A DNA stretch of 51,918 bases from an uncultured bacterium. GTDB lineage: Bacteria; CSSED10-310; CAZUFC01. Below are positions 11,391 through 23,348 of the stretch, in pieces (position 1 is the first letter of the stretch; each line of letters begins with the position of its first letter). The translations under genes and the position numbers were made by a program. The DNA is taken from NCBI GenBank assembly GCA_964619725.1, contig CAZUFC010000056.1:1-51918 (forward strand). Reading direction: 5' to 3'. Below the pieces are notes generated by a model. The model was not told where the DNA came from and searched no databases. It was given only the letters and a program-made list of their open reading frames with translations.

Positions 11391-12404
11391 TCATTTGTTT
11401 TCAACTAATTTCAGGTTAGCGAGCAACGGCAGATGATCGGAGAGTATGCCGGCCGGATTTATCGTTTGAACTTTTTCTATTCTCCACGCCGGACCTGCGA
11501 ATATGTGATCCAGCATCTCCTGCGGATTGTCGGAAGGATATGTCGGAAGCCGCGGCCGGTTTTCATATAAATGCCTCTTCCCTTCCGTCCGGCTCATATT
11601 TCCTTTCCCGGTTTCTGCACTCTCCCGAATCGCCGTCAACTCATCGCAAGATAAGTTAAAATCGCCGGCAAGGATCATCCGCTCAGCATTCAATCTATCC
11701 GTCAAATCGAAAACCATCCTTACCTGTTCGTCCCTCGTCTCTTTTGAGAACGCTTCCAGATGAATGTTTATTACCGGAGCTGCGCCGATTCCCGGCAGTT
11801 CTATTTCTGTAATCTGAGCGCATCGGAACAGGTAAAAGGCATTATACCAGGAGGGATTTTCTTTCGGTTTGGAAAAGAGGATCACTTTGTTGGATTTTAT
11901 CGGGTAAAGAGACAATATGGACTGTCCGCTTCTGATGCGGCCGAAGTGCGCGGGAAAATTAAAAAAAGGATAAGGAACATAGTTGGCTCTCCAGTTTAAA
12001 ACCGGCGCGGAATATGCGTAACCCGCCTCCTTCTGTAAAAATGCCGACTGATCGATCCTGTGAGTCCTCCTGGAATCAAAATCTATCTCCTGAAGCAGAA
12101 CGATTTCCGGTCTTTGCTCCTCCAGTATACTTGCCATGCCCCGCAGCGTCTGGAGATAATGCTGCCTGCTCCTTCTTTCCGCAGGCTCGTGCGATCCAAT
12201 GCCGTAGCCGTAACCCAGGTTCCAGGTCATCACCTTGATTCCCTTTATCGCTGCATCGCTTTCGACTGCTTGTGCTTCATTTTCGATACGATGTATTTCA
12301 CCAGTGCGTTCGCCCGGAACGGCTGACCAGTCGCCGGCCCAGAGCAGGAATGCCGTCAGGATCGTCAACAACGCCGCTGTTGCAAAAAACAGTATCCAAA
12401 TCAT
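11391..12404 (-). CDS. Endonuclease/exonuclease/phosphatase family protein, membrane-anchored
   Basis: TWN, LQEID, GDFN, PTYPS, DHI and SDHLP motifs. Confidence 0.9.
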   Translation of the reverse strand: MIWILFFATAALLTILTAFLLWAGDWSAVPGERTGEIHRIENEAQAVESDAAIKGIKVMTWNLGYGYGIGSHEPAERRSRQHYLQTLRGMASILEEQRPEIVLLQEIDFDSRRTHRIDQSAFLQKEAGYAYSAPVLNWRANYVPYPFFNFPAHFGRIRSGQSILSLYPIKSNKVILFSKPKENPSWYNAFYLFRCAQITEIELPGIGAAPVINIHLEAFSKETRDEQVRMVFDLTDRLNAERMILAGDFNLSCDELTAIRESAETGKGNMSRTEGKRHLYENRPRLPTYPSDNPQEMLDHIFAGPAWRIEKVQTINPAGILSDHLPLLANLKLVENK

Positions 12405-12409
12405 CCGTC

Positions 12410-14887
12410 TTACTCCCTGGGAAAACTCAAATTCAATTCTTCAATAATCAAGTATTCATCCTTATGCAGTGAAGGGACTTTTCCAACCGCCAGCTTCGTA
12501 TTATATTCGCCCAGAGGCGCACATAAAGCGGTTCCCGGTTCAGCCCCCTTCACTCCGATGCCGGCTTTGAACCAGGAAGCGTCCTCGAATGCAACGGGGA
12601 ATCCTAAAGACTCCAGGATTCTCGGAACATGCCCGTCGAATTTTTCACTCACGGGACGCTTCAACGCGCAAATAACCAGCACATCGCCAGGTTCCACTCG
12701 CTTCAAATATTCCTCAAAAAGAGGTAACTCTTTATAAGAAAAAGGATACTCAATTTCGACCACAGCCCACAAGCCGGCGTTGTTGATGTGTTTCAGCCCC
12801 AACCGGTACCGGGTGAATTCGAACGAAAAGGCCCCCGTATTCTCTTTCTGCAAATCGAATGGTCTGAGTTCCAGGTAATTCTGTATTTGAAAACTATTAA
12901 CCAGGGATAAATGGTCCTCCAGAAGAGCTATACAAACAACATATCCCTCCGGGATGCTCTCCACATATCGACTGAATTCCGCCAAATCATCATGATTAGT
13001 CCAGAAGGGATCAAAATTGACTGACTCGATCAAAGCGCCTTCCTTAGGATGAAATATAGCGACATTGTAGCCGCGACGGTTCTTTGAATAGTTTATGCCG
13101 TTCATCTTAATCTCTGCGAAGTAGCCTTCCTCTGCCTGGGTGCATCTGATTTCCAGGGGATAAGGAACAAACACTCCGGTCGCACCGATCTGAAAATCCG
13201 TCATTTTCTCCGGAATTTCAAAGAACAATTTTAAACGGTTCCTACCCTTTCGTAATATTTTTGAGTGTAAATTCAATCGTAACCAGCCTCTTTTTCCGCT
13301 TATGACTTTTTGAAAAAGAGGTTCGCCGTTCAATATTCCCCTGAGCAGGCCGTCGCGAGCATCCGCTGCGAGAGAACGAAATACTGCTTCCAACCTTACC
13401 GGTCCATCGCCGTTCGAATCGTAAAATTCAACGATGCCTTCCTTTTTCATGATTGCGGTATGGTCCTTCTGGACTCGGATATTTTCAAAGGTGAAATATT
13501 CAGGATTTTCCCTTAGAGAAAGTTTTTCATCAGTCAAGAGTGATGAAGCTCCGGCAGCAGCGCCGACTCTTCTGATCAATATATCGGCCCAGCGTTTTAT
13601 ATCCTCTGAATGTTGATGGACAAGCTTGGACTGGTCCCGGAGGCAAAGTTTGATATCCGGTTTTCTGTATTGCAGCCAAATATCGTGATAGAAAAGATCG
13701 AAGGCGGATAAGTTTATAAAAATGAAAGCGAGAGTCAGAAAAACTGAAAAACGGAATCCTGTTTTAACGGCAGATATTTTGTGAATAAGATAGGCGAAAC
13801 CCGACAAAACGACGGGGAGAGTCGCCAGAAACCTTCTGGGGCCGAAGTTGTATCCGCCCCACCAGTCGGGAATAGTCCCGTTTATGATTGCCTGAAGGGC
13901 AAACATAAGCAGCGCTGGGACCGCGAAAGAACGCCGGTGAGTAAAAAGCATGATGAGCAAACCGATTACGCCCATTGCCGTCACAGGCTGGACGATAAAA
14001 AGACCGTGATTGAAACTGAATAGAACATCCAGTGCATGGATGTTGAAAAATCTGAGGAATCCTTTACCCTGGGGGATCGTGATCCAGGCGCCGTAATGCA
14101 ATTTCCAGAAAAACAATTGAGGTGAGAACGTCAAAATAAAGGCAGTGGAAAAAAGAATTATATTAGTGAGGATATTTCTTCGGTCTGCAGTTACCGGCGG
14201 CTCGTTCTTTTCAAAACAGCCCAATTTGATGCTGCTTCGCCCGCAAGCGAATTCCCGGACGTAAATCATCATGGGAGCGATCAACCAGACTGCGTTCTGC
14301 CATCTTGCCAGGCACATCAGCCCTGCAGTTGCTCCCAGATAGAAGTGATTCCTGGTTGATCTTCTGTCCTGTAATAGGAATACTCGCCAGAAAAGCATAA
14401 CGGTGAAAAATGAGATGCCATGCGACATGAAAGGTTCCACAGAGGCGTAATAAAAAACCGAGGTCGCCCACCAGAGCGCCAGGCCTGCCAGGATCGCCGC
14501 TTTACGGGAAAAAAGGATTCTGCACACATGGTAAAAGAGCAAAATACCGGCAATCACATATATAGTATTTCCCAATGCTGTAAACGACTGGAAAAGACCC
14601 GACCATCCGTCCGGTTGATACGCAGGATATATGACCTTTGCTGCGAAAGCCGCTGCCCAGGCAGCATAATAGAAAGGAATCAGAAGTATCGGAGCTCCTA
14701 TGGGAAAAACCATGGCTTCAAAAACATGAATTCGTCCCGCTGAGATCGATCTTAAAAAAGCATAGTAATAAGCGCCGTCAATCAGAACGATACGGTGCAA
14801 AAAAATAGTCATGCACAACTGGATGCAGCATAAGATGAAGAATATGACGAACGCGCTTTTTCCGCTTGTTTTTTTTTCGACTCCCAT
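12410..14887 (-). CDS. GT-C-like polytopic membrane glycosyltransferase fused to an ILEI/PANDER-like domain
   Basis: Many TM helices, DGAYYY, WWGG-x-FGPR; C-terminal RRGYNVA…ESIPEG-x-VV…GVKGAEPG. Confidence 0.65.
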   Translation of the reverse strand: MGVEKKTSGKSAFVIFFILCCIQLCMTIFLHRIVLIDGAYYYAFLRSISAGRIHVFEAMVFPIGAPILLIPFYYAAWAAAFAAKVIYPAYQPDGWSGLFQSFTALGNTIYVIAGILLFYHVCRILFSRKAAILAGLALWWATSVFYYASVEPFMSHGISFFTVMLFWRVFLLQDRRSTRNHFYLGATAGLMCLARWQNAVWLIAPMMIYVREFACGRSSIKLGCFEKNEPPVTADRRNILTNIILFSTAFILTFSPQLFFWKLHYGAWITIPQGKGFLRFFNIHALDVLFSFNHGLFIVQPVTAMGVIGLLIMLFTHRRSFAVPALLMFALQAIINGTIPDWWGGYNFGPRRFLATLPVVLSGFAYLIHKISAVKTGFRFSVFLTLAFIFINLSAFDLFYHDIWLQYRKPDIKLCLRDQSKLVHQHSEDIKRWADILIRRVGAAAGASSLLTDEKLSLRENPEYFTFENIRVQKDHTAIMKKEGIVEFYDSNGDGPVRLEAVFRSLAADARDGLLRGILNGEPLFQKVISGKRGWLRLNLHSKILRKGRNRLKLFFEIPEKMTDFQIGATGVFVPYPLEIRCTQAEEGYFAEIKMNGINYSKNRRGYNVAIFHPKEGALIESVNFDPFWTNHDDLAEFSRYVESIPEGYVVCIALLEDHLSLVNSFQIQNYLELRPFDLQKENTGAFSFEFTRYRLGLKHINNAGLWAVVEIEYPFSYKELPLFEEYLKRVEPGDVLVICALKRPVSEKFDGHVPRILESLGFPVAFEDASWFKAGIGVKGAEPGTALCAPLGEYNTKLAVGKVPSLHKDEYLIIEELNLSFPRE

Positions 14888-15380
14888 TTTCCTTTAAAAT
14901 CAATTCCTGATTCTCTTCGCCGTTATAACCTCGATTTTTCATCATATCAAAACTGAAGGTTTCTTCCAATGTTATGTTCACCATGATTTCGACTGCTTTT
15001 ACCTTTAGTTGAACCAACAGATTCCCCCTGCCGCTTTTTATAAATAAATCAATTTGTCGAACGCAACAATTCTTTTCAGGAATATTGACGCTGATAATTT
15101 GTTGTGGTAGCATTGATCGGTCTTCCAGGCGAGCATATTTCAAGCACGTCGAAGCAAATCCAGCGACAGGGGCAGCAATATGATTCATAAGAGATACGGG
15201 ATTTAGTTCAGTTCGACATTCTGGAAGAGCATCGATATCAGATTTAAGAGGAAAACAGCTCGCTGAAAGTGAAAAGGATCATTTTGGGGGTCTTGACTTC
15301 TGGAACTTATGACTTAGATACTGGATTTTAAAATGATCGCAAAAGCCGGCATTCCGAATCCGACGTTTGGCGTTCTCTGA

Positions 15381-16418
<1,038 letters not shown>

Positions 16419-16467
16419 TTTTCTCGGCGTTGGGGTCGATAACTCTATCTGTTCATAAACGGCAACT

Positions 16468-17361
16468 ATGTGGGATTTTTTCAATAAGCGAAGAACGCTT
16501 ATCTGTCTGATTATTTTGCTGATGGCTTCCTTTGGTTTATATTCTTCCCAGATCGGGTCTAATAAAAATTCGGCGATCATTGAGACCATCTTCGTTAAAA
16601 TTATTGCTCCCGTTAATCGATGCGTCGTCAAAACCATTCGCTCCATCAGGGATTTCTTCCGCAATTATATTTTTCTTGTTAGAGTCCAGGAAATGAATCA
16701 GGATTTAAAGAAAAAAATACAGAAACTTGAATGGGAATTGAATCAATATCGTGAGATGGCCAAGGCGAACGACAGGTACAAGCGGCTGTTGAATTTTCAT
16801 CATAAAATCGATTATCCTTCGGTGATGGCCGAAGTAATATTTTGCGACAGCAGCAATTGGGCATCATCGATTTTCGTTAATCGCGGCAGGAAGGACGGCG
16901 TGGAAGTCAACATGCCCGTCGTATCATCCAGGGGCGTGGTCGGACAGACGGTAAGGGTCACCGGTTCCTATTCTGAAATCCAGATATTGCTGGATTCTGC
17001 CGCCGGCATATCGGCTTTGCTGCAGAGGACGCGTGAGGAGGGGATCGTAACCGGGGGAAGTTCGCAGAACAAATGTGAAATCCGTTACGTCAGACAGGAT
17101 GCCGACATACAATTGGGGGACAAAGTCGTTACTTCCGGGCTTGAAGGAATATTTCCCAAGGGTTTGATGATAGGAACAGTCAAGTATCTGCATTTCGTGA
17201 AAGGGGATCTTTTTAAAGATGTAATAGTACAGACGGCCGTGGATTTTTCAAAATTGGAAGAAGTATTAATCATCATAAAACCTCCATTGGTTTTGATGGA
17301 CGGCCGGCTTCAGGAAGGGAACCGTTCGGAGTTCGAGTCAGGAGAGCCGTCAGAACCATGA
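16468..17361 (+). CDS. mreC: Rod shape-determining protein MreC
   Basis: TM helix, coiled coil, VVTSGLEGIFPKG; synteny. Confidence 0.95.
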   Translation: MWDFFNKRRTLICLIILLMASFGLYSSQIGSNKNSAIIETIFVKIIAPVNRCVVKTIRSIRDFFRNYIFLVRVQEMNQDLKKKIQKLEWELNQYREMAKANDRYKRLLNFHHKIDYPSVMAEVIFCDSSNWASSIFVNRGRKDGVEVNMPVVSSRGVVGQTVRVTGSYSEIQILLDSAAGISALLQRTREEGIVTGGSSQNKCEIRYVRQDADIQLGDKVVTSGLEGIFPKGLMIGTVKYLHFVKGDLFKDVIVQTAVDFSKLEEVLIIIKPPLVLMDGRLQEGNRSEFESGEPSEP

Positions 17362-17882
17362 AGACAGGAACCATAATTTTTCTTACGATTTTTCTTACCG
17401 TCTTACAGACGGTTATACTGCCTGAACTGGGCATAAGGATCAGGCCTGATCTGTATATGCTTCTGATACTTTACATGGCGCTTTTTGAGGATCATCCCGG
17501 CCGGACTATAACGTCCGCTTTTTTCATCGGAATATTGCAGGATTCGCTTTCCGGAACACCTTTGGGCTTATTTGCTTTCATCAAAACGCTGACCGCTTTC
17601 GGCATATGTTTTTTCAGCAGCTATCTGCTGCCGGAAAACAAATTAAATCAGATGGCTTTTGTAGGAATATCCCTGCTGATTCAAAACACCCTGATATTCC
17701 TGCTATACGGACCCGTAATGGGAAAAGACCTGCTGACTCTCAGCAATCTGTCCGCCACTCTGATAGAAGCGGCGCTCAACATAGTTTTCGCTCTGTTCCT
17801 TTTTAAATTTTTCAAGCAGGTTTCAAGTTTATTCAAGAGAGACCTCAGTTATGAATCAAAACCGAAAACAGTTGTATCTTGA
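17358..17882 (+). CDS. mreD: Rod shape-determining protein MreD
   Basis: Hydrophobic, PDL and GILQD motifs; synteny. Confidence 0.9.
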   Translation: MKTGTIIFLTIFLTVLQTVILPELGIRIRPDLYMLLILYMALFEDHPGRTITSAFFIGILQDSLSGTPLGLFAFIKTLTAFGICFFSSYLLPENKLNQMAFVGISLLIQNTLIFLLYGPVMGKDLLTLSNLSATLIEAALNIVFALFLFKFFKQVSSLFKRDLSYESKPKTVVS

Positions 17883-19755
17883 TTCCTTTCGCGAATGCAA
17901 GGGAGATGTGACATCCCGCTTAAACAAGATATTTATCCTTTTTTTCGTATGTCTGGCCCTGATAGTGGTGCGTCTGTGGCAACTGCAGATTCTCAATTAC
18001 AACGCTTATGCCGAGCGCTCGGTGAAAAACCGCATAAAGAAGATTCGCACCACAGCGGCCCGCGGCAACATTCTTGATCGTTACGGAAGGCTCCTGGTGA
18101 CGAACAAGCCGAGTTTCGTCCTGACCTTCACTCGTGAAGAAGTGGACAGGGAACGAGAGTACAGGAAGATAATAAGGAAAACATCGGAACTTCTGGGGAT
18201 CAATTACGAGGAATTATGGGAGCCTGTGGAAGAGGCTTTAAGGAAAAGACGCCATTTCAAGTTTATACCGATCACTTTGAAGCGTAATTTATCAGATTTG
18301 GAAGTCAGCATCATAGAAGCTTATAAATTTGAATTGCCGGGGATCAATATAGAAGTATTCCCGCGGCGTCATTATCGTTGCGGTGATCTGGGAGCTCATT
18401 TGATGGGCTATATGGGCGAGGTGAACGAGGCTGAGCTGGAGAGGTTCAGCGATTTGGATTACAAGGAAGGCGATTATATCGGCAAATCCGGACTGGAGCG
18501 CGTTCTGAATACTCATCTGACCGGAGTAAACGGATATAAACTGGTAGAATCCACGGCAGCGGGACGAGTGGTCCGCGTCCTGCCCGGATCGAACGTTATT
18601 GAACCTGTACCGGGTAAAAACTGCTGGCTTACTATGGACCTGGAACTTCAACGAAAAGCGGAAGAGCTTCTGGGCGATGCCAAAGGCGTCATCATTGCGA
18701 TGAAACCGAAAACCGGAGAAATACTGGCAATGGCCAGCAATCCTGCCTATGATCCTAATTTATTCGCTGTCGGCATATCTTATGAGCAATGGGATGCACT
18801 CCAGAACAACAAAAGATTGCCGCTGTTCAACCGCGCCATCAAGTCGGCATACTCGCCGGGTTCCATCTTCAAAATCATCATGGCTGTGGCGGGGCTTGAG
18901 TCCGGAGTTATAGACCCTGCTACCTCTTTCCAATGCAACGGCTTCATCAGAACCAGGGGCGGAGCGATTTTCCGATGCTGGAAAAAAGGGGGACATGGAA
19001 AAATCGGGCTTCAGAGAGCTATTATACAGTCGTGTAACGTATATTTTTACAATATCGGAAAAAGGCTCGGCATTGAAAAAATCGAAGAATACGGCAAACT
19101 CTTCGGCCTCGGTCAGTCCTCTCATTTCATCCTTCCCGGAGAAGACACCGGCCTGATGCCCGGAATTATGTGGAAAAAGAAAGCGAAAAACGAAAAGTGG
19201 TATTTCGGAGACACCATGAACGTCTCCATAGGACAGGGTTATCTTCGAGTCAATCCGTTGCAGGCCCTCAATATAGTTAACTTGATCGCCAATGAAGGCA
19301 AGGTTTTTGAGCCGCGGCTCATTTTGAAAGTCGAAAAATATGACAGCAGCGAAACCGAATACATTGAACCTCGCATCCTTCGTAATCCCGTCATCTCCCG
19401 CAGCACATTCGACGCCGTCAAAAAAGCTTTGCATGGCGTGGTCAACAAAGGGGGCACGGGAAGGAGAGCCTGTATTCCCGGTCTGGACATCGCCGGTAAA
19501 ACAGGGACTTCTCAGGTCGCTAATCTGAGCGACCTGGGCCTGGACGACAAGGACGAAGAAGATATTCCGGTGAAATTACGTGATCATGCCTGGTTTGCCT
19601 CTTTTGCGCCGGTCGACGATCCTCAGCTTTCCTGCATAGTATTCCTGGAAAACGGCGGAAAACAGGGAGCCATAAAAAAACTTGAAATCTCCAGGGATAT
19701 CTATCGTTATTATTTCCGGGAAAAACTGGCCGAATTACAAACTCAGGGAGTCTGA
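17851..19755 (+). CDS. mrdA: Penicillin-binding protein 2
   Basis: RGNILDR, SIFK (SxxK), SCN, KTG; synteny. Confidence 0.95.
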   Translation: MNQNRKQLYLDSFRECKGDVTSRLNKIFILFFVCLALIVVRLWQLQILNYNAYAERSVKNRIKKIRTTAARGNILDRYGRLLVTNKPSFVLTFTREEVDREREYRKIIRKTSELLGINYEELWEPVEEALRKRRHFKFIPITLKRNLSDLEVSIIEAYKFELPGINIEVFPRRHYRCGDLGAHLMGYMGEVNEAELERFSDLDYKEGDYIGKSGLERVLNTHLTGVNGYKLVESTAAGRVVRVLPGSNVIEPVPGKNCWLTMDLELQRKAEELLGDAKGVIIAMKPKTGEILAMASNPAYDPNLFAVGISYEQWDALQNNKRLPLFNRAIKSAYSPGSIFKIIMAVAGLESGVIDPATSFQCNGFIRTRGGAIFRCWKKGGHGKIGLQRAIIQSCNVYFYNIGKRLGIEKIEEYGKLFGLGQSSHFILPGEDTGLMPGIMWKKKAKNEKWYFGDTMNVSIGQGYLRVNPLQALNIVNLIANEGKVFEPRLILKVEKYDSSETEYIEPRILRNPVISRSTFDAVKKALHGVVNKGGTGRRACIPGLDIAGKTGTSQVANLSDLGLDDKDEEDIPVKLRDHAWFASFAPVDDPQLSCIVFLENGGKQGAIKKLEISRDIYRYYFREKLAELQTQGV

Positions 19756-19756
19756 C

Positions 19757-20866
19757 ATGCCCCTTATAGACAGAAGAGTCATCATCAATTTTGATTATGC
19801 TTTATTCATATCCGCGATAGTGATATGCCTTATCGGCGTTTTGACTATTCACAGCGCGGTCATGGCCTCCGAGACGTCAAAGCATCTTTACATCAAGCAA
19901 CTCATCTGGATGGGGCTGGGACTGATTATCCTTTTCATAGTAATAGCCGTGGATTATCATCGCTGGCTCCGTTATCACAATATCTTCTATCTGGGCTCCA
20001 TCTTATTGCTCATCTACCTGATACTCACTCCCAATCAATCAGGCGAAGTCCGCCGATATCTTAAATTCTTTTTTCTTCCGAAATTCATTCCCTCTGAATT
20101 TCTCAAAATCGCAGTAGTCATTCAACTGGCCTGGTATTTTCGGGAAAGAGATTTGAAAGACCTCTGTTTCAAGGAAATTATTCCGCCCTCTCTCATCATC
20201 GGCATACCCCTTATACTGATAATGCTTCAACCTGACCTGGGCACGGCCATACTTCTGATACCCCTCCTGGGATTAATTCTGTACCTCACGGGATACGATT
20301 TGAAAAAACTCCTTCTCATCGGGTGCATCCTGGGAATAGTCGGTCTTTTCGCCGCCGATAAGGTGCTGAAAGACTACCAGAAACAGAGACTAACCGCCTT
20401 TCTCCACCAGGGTTCCAATCTTCGAGGAGCCGGATATCAGCTTGATCAGTCCAAACTCGCCATCGGCTCAGGCGGATTCCTGGGCAAGGGATGGAAAAAA
20501 GGCCCGCTTTCGCATCTCCATTACCTGCCTGAACAGCATACCGACTTCATCTTTTCCGTCTTTGCAGAAGAACGGGGCTTCCTGGGTTGCCTTTTTCTGA
20601 TAGGTCTCTACCTGTTTTTCATACACCGCGGCATTAAAATCGCCGGCAGCGCCGTCGACGCTTCAGGCGCCATACTCGCCGCAGGTCTCGTGATGCTCAT
20701 AGCCCTGCAGGCACTCATCAATATCGGCATGGTTATCGGAATGCTGCCTATTACAGGATTGCCCTTACCCTTTATGAGTTACGGAGGTTCACCCTTCTTC
20801 ACTTATATGATTTCACTGGGTTTGATTCTGAACGTTAAAATGAGAGAATTTCCGCCTTATCGATGA
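19757..20866 (+). CDS. rodA: Rod shape-determining SEDS protein RodA
   Basis: QPDLGT, AIGSGG, PEQHTDFIF, LPFMSYGG; ATG at 19757 directly after the mrdA stop. Confidence 0.95.
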   Translation: MPLIDRRVIINFDYALFISAIVICLIGVLTIHSAVMASETSKHLYIKQLIWMGLGLIILFIVIAVDYHRWLRYHNIFYLGSILLLIYLILTPNQSGEVRRYLKFFFLPKFIPSEFLKIAVVIQLAWYFRERDLKDLCFKEIIPPSLIIGIPLILIMLQPDLGTAILLIPLLGLILYLTGYDLKKLLLIGCILGIVGLFAADKVLKDYQKQRLTAFLHQGSNLRGAGYQLDQSKLAIGSGGFLGKGWKKGPLSHLHYLPEQHTDFIFSVFAEERGFLGCLFLIGLYLFFIHRGIKIAGSAVDASGAILAAGLVMLIALQALINIGMVIGMLPITGLPLPFMSYGGSPFFTYMISLGLILNVKMREFPPYR

Positions 20867-20951
20867 TCGGGTTCAATGCCGTATCCGCGATTTTCCGGTT
20901 CAAAGCCGTTGAAAACGATCCGGCAACAAAAGGAACACGCGCAAGGAAAAC

Positions 20952-22727
20952 ATGAAAAAAGAATTTGAACTGAAAAAAGACTGGCAAACCGTCAAAAGAC
21001 TCTGGAAATGGATCAAACCCTACTGGCCCAAATTCATCTGGGCGATCATCGCCGGCGCCTTTTACGCCGCCTTCAATCTTGCACAGGTTAAACTTGTTCA
21101 GCCCCTTGTAAACGGCATATTTTTGGAAAAAAATATTCATGTCCTGAAGTATTTCCCTTTTCTAATCGTCGGAATTTACCTGGGAAAATGCGTTTCAAAT
21201 TACGCCAATATTTATCTTATCGCTTATATCGGGCAAAGTTTCGTCAGAGATATCAGAGATACTCTTTTCGGGCGATTCCTGCAGTTGCCGCTCGATTTTT
21301 TCCAAAAAAACCGCACGGGGACCTTGATGTCCCGTATAACCAATGACGTAAACCAGATGCAGCAAGGCGTTTCCAAAGCCTTCGGCGTCGTCGTTCTTAA
21401 TGTGCTGACCATTGCCGCGCTGCTTCTTAATCTTATCTTCAAATTCTGGAAACTCTCCGCAATAGCCGTCATCGTCATACCTGTTTCCGTTTTTCCCATT
21501 CTTCAATTCGCTAAAAAATTGAGAAGGGCTTCCAGGTTGAGCCAGGAAAAAATGGCTGACCTGAACAGCACCTTGTTCGAAACCTTCTTCGGCATAATAA
21601 TCGTTAAAGCCTTCAACACCGAATCTGCAGCATTAAAGAAGTTTCGACGCTTCAACAGGGATTACTATAACAACATCATGAAAGCCGTGCGCGCTGATGC
21701 CGCCGCTCCTCAATTGATGGAATTCATCGGAGCCGTCGGCGCAGCGATAATCGTCGGAACCGGTGGTTATTTTATCGTGCATAACCAGATCACACCCGGC
21801 GAATTCTCCGAATTTATCGTCGCCCTCTTCCTGCTTTACACACCCATCAAAATCATCAGTAAATCCAATTATATGATCCAGAAAGCGCTTGCGGCTTCTG
21901 ACCGGGTTTTCAATGTCCTGGATACCCGCGATAAAATCGTGGAAAAATCCGATGCCCAGGAATTGAAATCAATTGATGATTCCATTGAGTTCCAGGATGT
22001 AACTTTCAAATATGATGAAAAACCGGTTCTGGAAAACATCAATCTTGAAATACCAAAAGGCCAGATTCTGGCTATAGTCGGAAGCAGCGGCGCCGGGAAA
22101 ACCACACTCGTAAATCTCCTCCCCCGCTTCTTCGATGTCTCCCACGGCGCTGTCCTCATCGATGGGAAGGATATAAGAGACCTCACCCTAAAATCGCTTC
22201 GTCAAAATATCGGGATCGTTACTCAGGACACCATCCTCTTTAATGATACCGTGAAAAATAATATTGCTTACGGCCAAAAAGAACCCGATATCGAAAAGGT
22301 CGTCCAGGCCGCCGAAGCCTCCTATGCTAACGAATTCATTAAAAAATTGCCTCATCAATACGAAACCTTTATAGGCGAACGAGGGCTGAACCTCTCAGGC
22401 GGAGAAAAACAAAGAATCGCCATCGCCAGAGCCATACTCAAGAATCCCCCCATTCTTATTCTCGATGAAGCCACATCAGCTCTCGATACCGAATCTGAAG
22501 AAATAATACAAAGAGCGCTCGGCAACCTTATGCAAAACAGAACCGTCTTCGTTATCGCACATAGACTCTCCACCATTCGCAATGCCGGCAAAATAATCGT
22601 GCTTAAAAATGGAAAAATTGTGGAACAGGGCGTTCACGAAGAGCTGATGGCGCTGAATCGTGAATACAAAAAATTACACGACCTCCAATTTAAAAATCAG
22701 AACAGCATCCCTGACGTCAATCCTTGA
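20952..22727 (+). CDS. msbA: MsbA-like ABC exporter (TMD plus NBD)
   Basis: GSSGAGKT, LSGGEKQR, LDEATSALD, IAHRLSTI. Confidence 0.8.
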   Translation: MKKEFELKKDWQTVKRLWKWIKPYWPKFIWAIIAGAFYAAFNLAQVKLVQPLVNGIFLEKNIHVLKYFPFLIVGIYLGKCVSNYANIYLIAYIGQSFVRDIRDTLFGRFLQLPLDFFQKNRTGTLMSRITNDVNQMQQGVSKAFGVVVLNVLTIAALLLNLIFKFWKLSAIAVIVIPVSVFPILQFAKKLRRASRLSQEKMADLNSTLFETFFGIIIVKAFNTESAALKKFRRFNRDYYNNIMKAVRADAAAPQLMEFIGAVGAAIIVGTGGYFIVHNQITPGEFSEFIVALFLLYTPIKIISKSNYMIQKALAASDRVFNVLDTRDKIVEKSDAQELKSIDDSIEFQDVTFKYDEKPVLENINLEIPKGQILAIVGSSGAGKTTLVNLLPRFFDVSHGAVLIDGKDIRDLTLKSLRQNIGIVTQDTILFNDTVKNNIAYGQKEPDIEKVVQAAEASYANEFIKKLPHQYETFIGERGLNLSGGEKQRIAIARAILKNPPILILDEATSALDTESEEIIQRALGNLMQNRTVFVIAHRLSTIRNAGKIIVLKNGKIVEQGVHEELMALNREYKKLHDLQFKNQNSIPDVNP

Positions 22728-22748
22728 TCACCTTTCCCGTAACAGGCT

Positions 22749-22804
22749 TAGCCCGGATTTCTCATACAAAACCTGTTACGATTTTGTATGAGAAATCCGG
22801 GTTA
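22749..22804. repeat. 23-bp palindrome between convergent genes (REP-like or bidirectional terminator)
   Basis: TAGCCCGGATTTCTCATACAAAA, 10-nt loop, TTTTGTATGAGAAATCCGGGTTA; 22/23 match. Confidence 0.85.
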
Positions 22805-22910
22805 GAGCGTCTTATGCGCTTCGGAAAGCCGGGCTATCAAGACTGATCTGTCAAAACCTTTCCAGAACGACCAATCATGTCAAACAGCTCATATCCGCCG
22901 GCATCCGGCA

Positions 22911-23348
22911 TCACTTCGTCCTGAGACGGGCAGGGTCCACTATTTTTTCTACAGCAAATCCGTTTTTCAGTCTGTAAAAGAAAAAATAGGCTCGGTGGAC
23001 GACAGGATTGTAAATTTGATCGCACAGGATGTGTATCAGGAATGCGACGGCGGCGGCTGTGCTCAGCATTGTATGATTCGTCAGGAGGCCCAGGAGAATA
23101 ATTACCGGCACTATTTCATAGGAATGAAGGGCCAGGTAGTAACGTTTCAACCGGCTGGCTTCGCAATCTTCGAAGAAACCTTTTACGGATGCCTTTTTTC
23201 CGGCGTGAAGCAAATAATCAGGCACGTGGTCGACGTCTATCAAGATACCTGCCGCAAGCGTTACAAGCGCGGTTGCAGCATCGCGCGTCGCCAGGTAAGC
23301 GACTGCGGCTACTGCCCCTGAAACTGCACAGTGTTGTTTCAAATACAT
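22911..23348 (-). CDS. Small membrane protein, putative membrane-bound metal-dependent hydrolase
   Basis: His/Asp motifs QH, IDVDH, LHSYE and HILCD within TM segments. Confidence 0.65.
   Translation of the reverse strand: MYLKQHCAVSGAVAAVAYLATRDAATALVTLAAGILIDVDHVPDYLLHAGKKASVKGFFEDCEASRLKRYYLALHSYEIVPVIILLGLLTNHTMLSTAAAVAFLIHILCDQIYNPVVHRAYFFFYRLKNGFAVEKIVDPARLRTK

Noticed and set aside
14778-15188. 136-aa ORF upstream of the glycosyltransferase
   Set aside because: No motifs, overlaps the GT start, and lies in a divergent promoter region.
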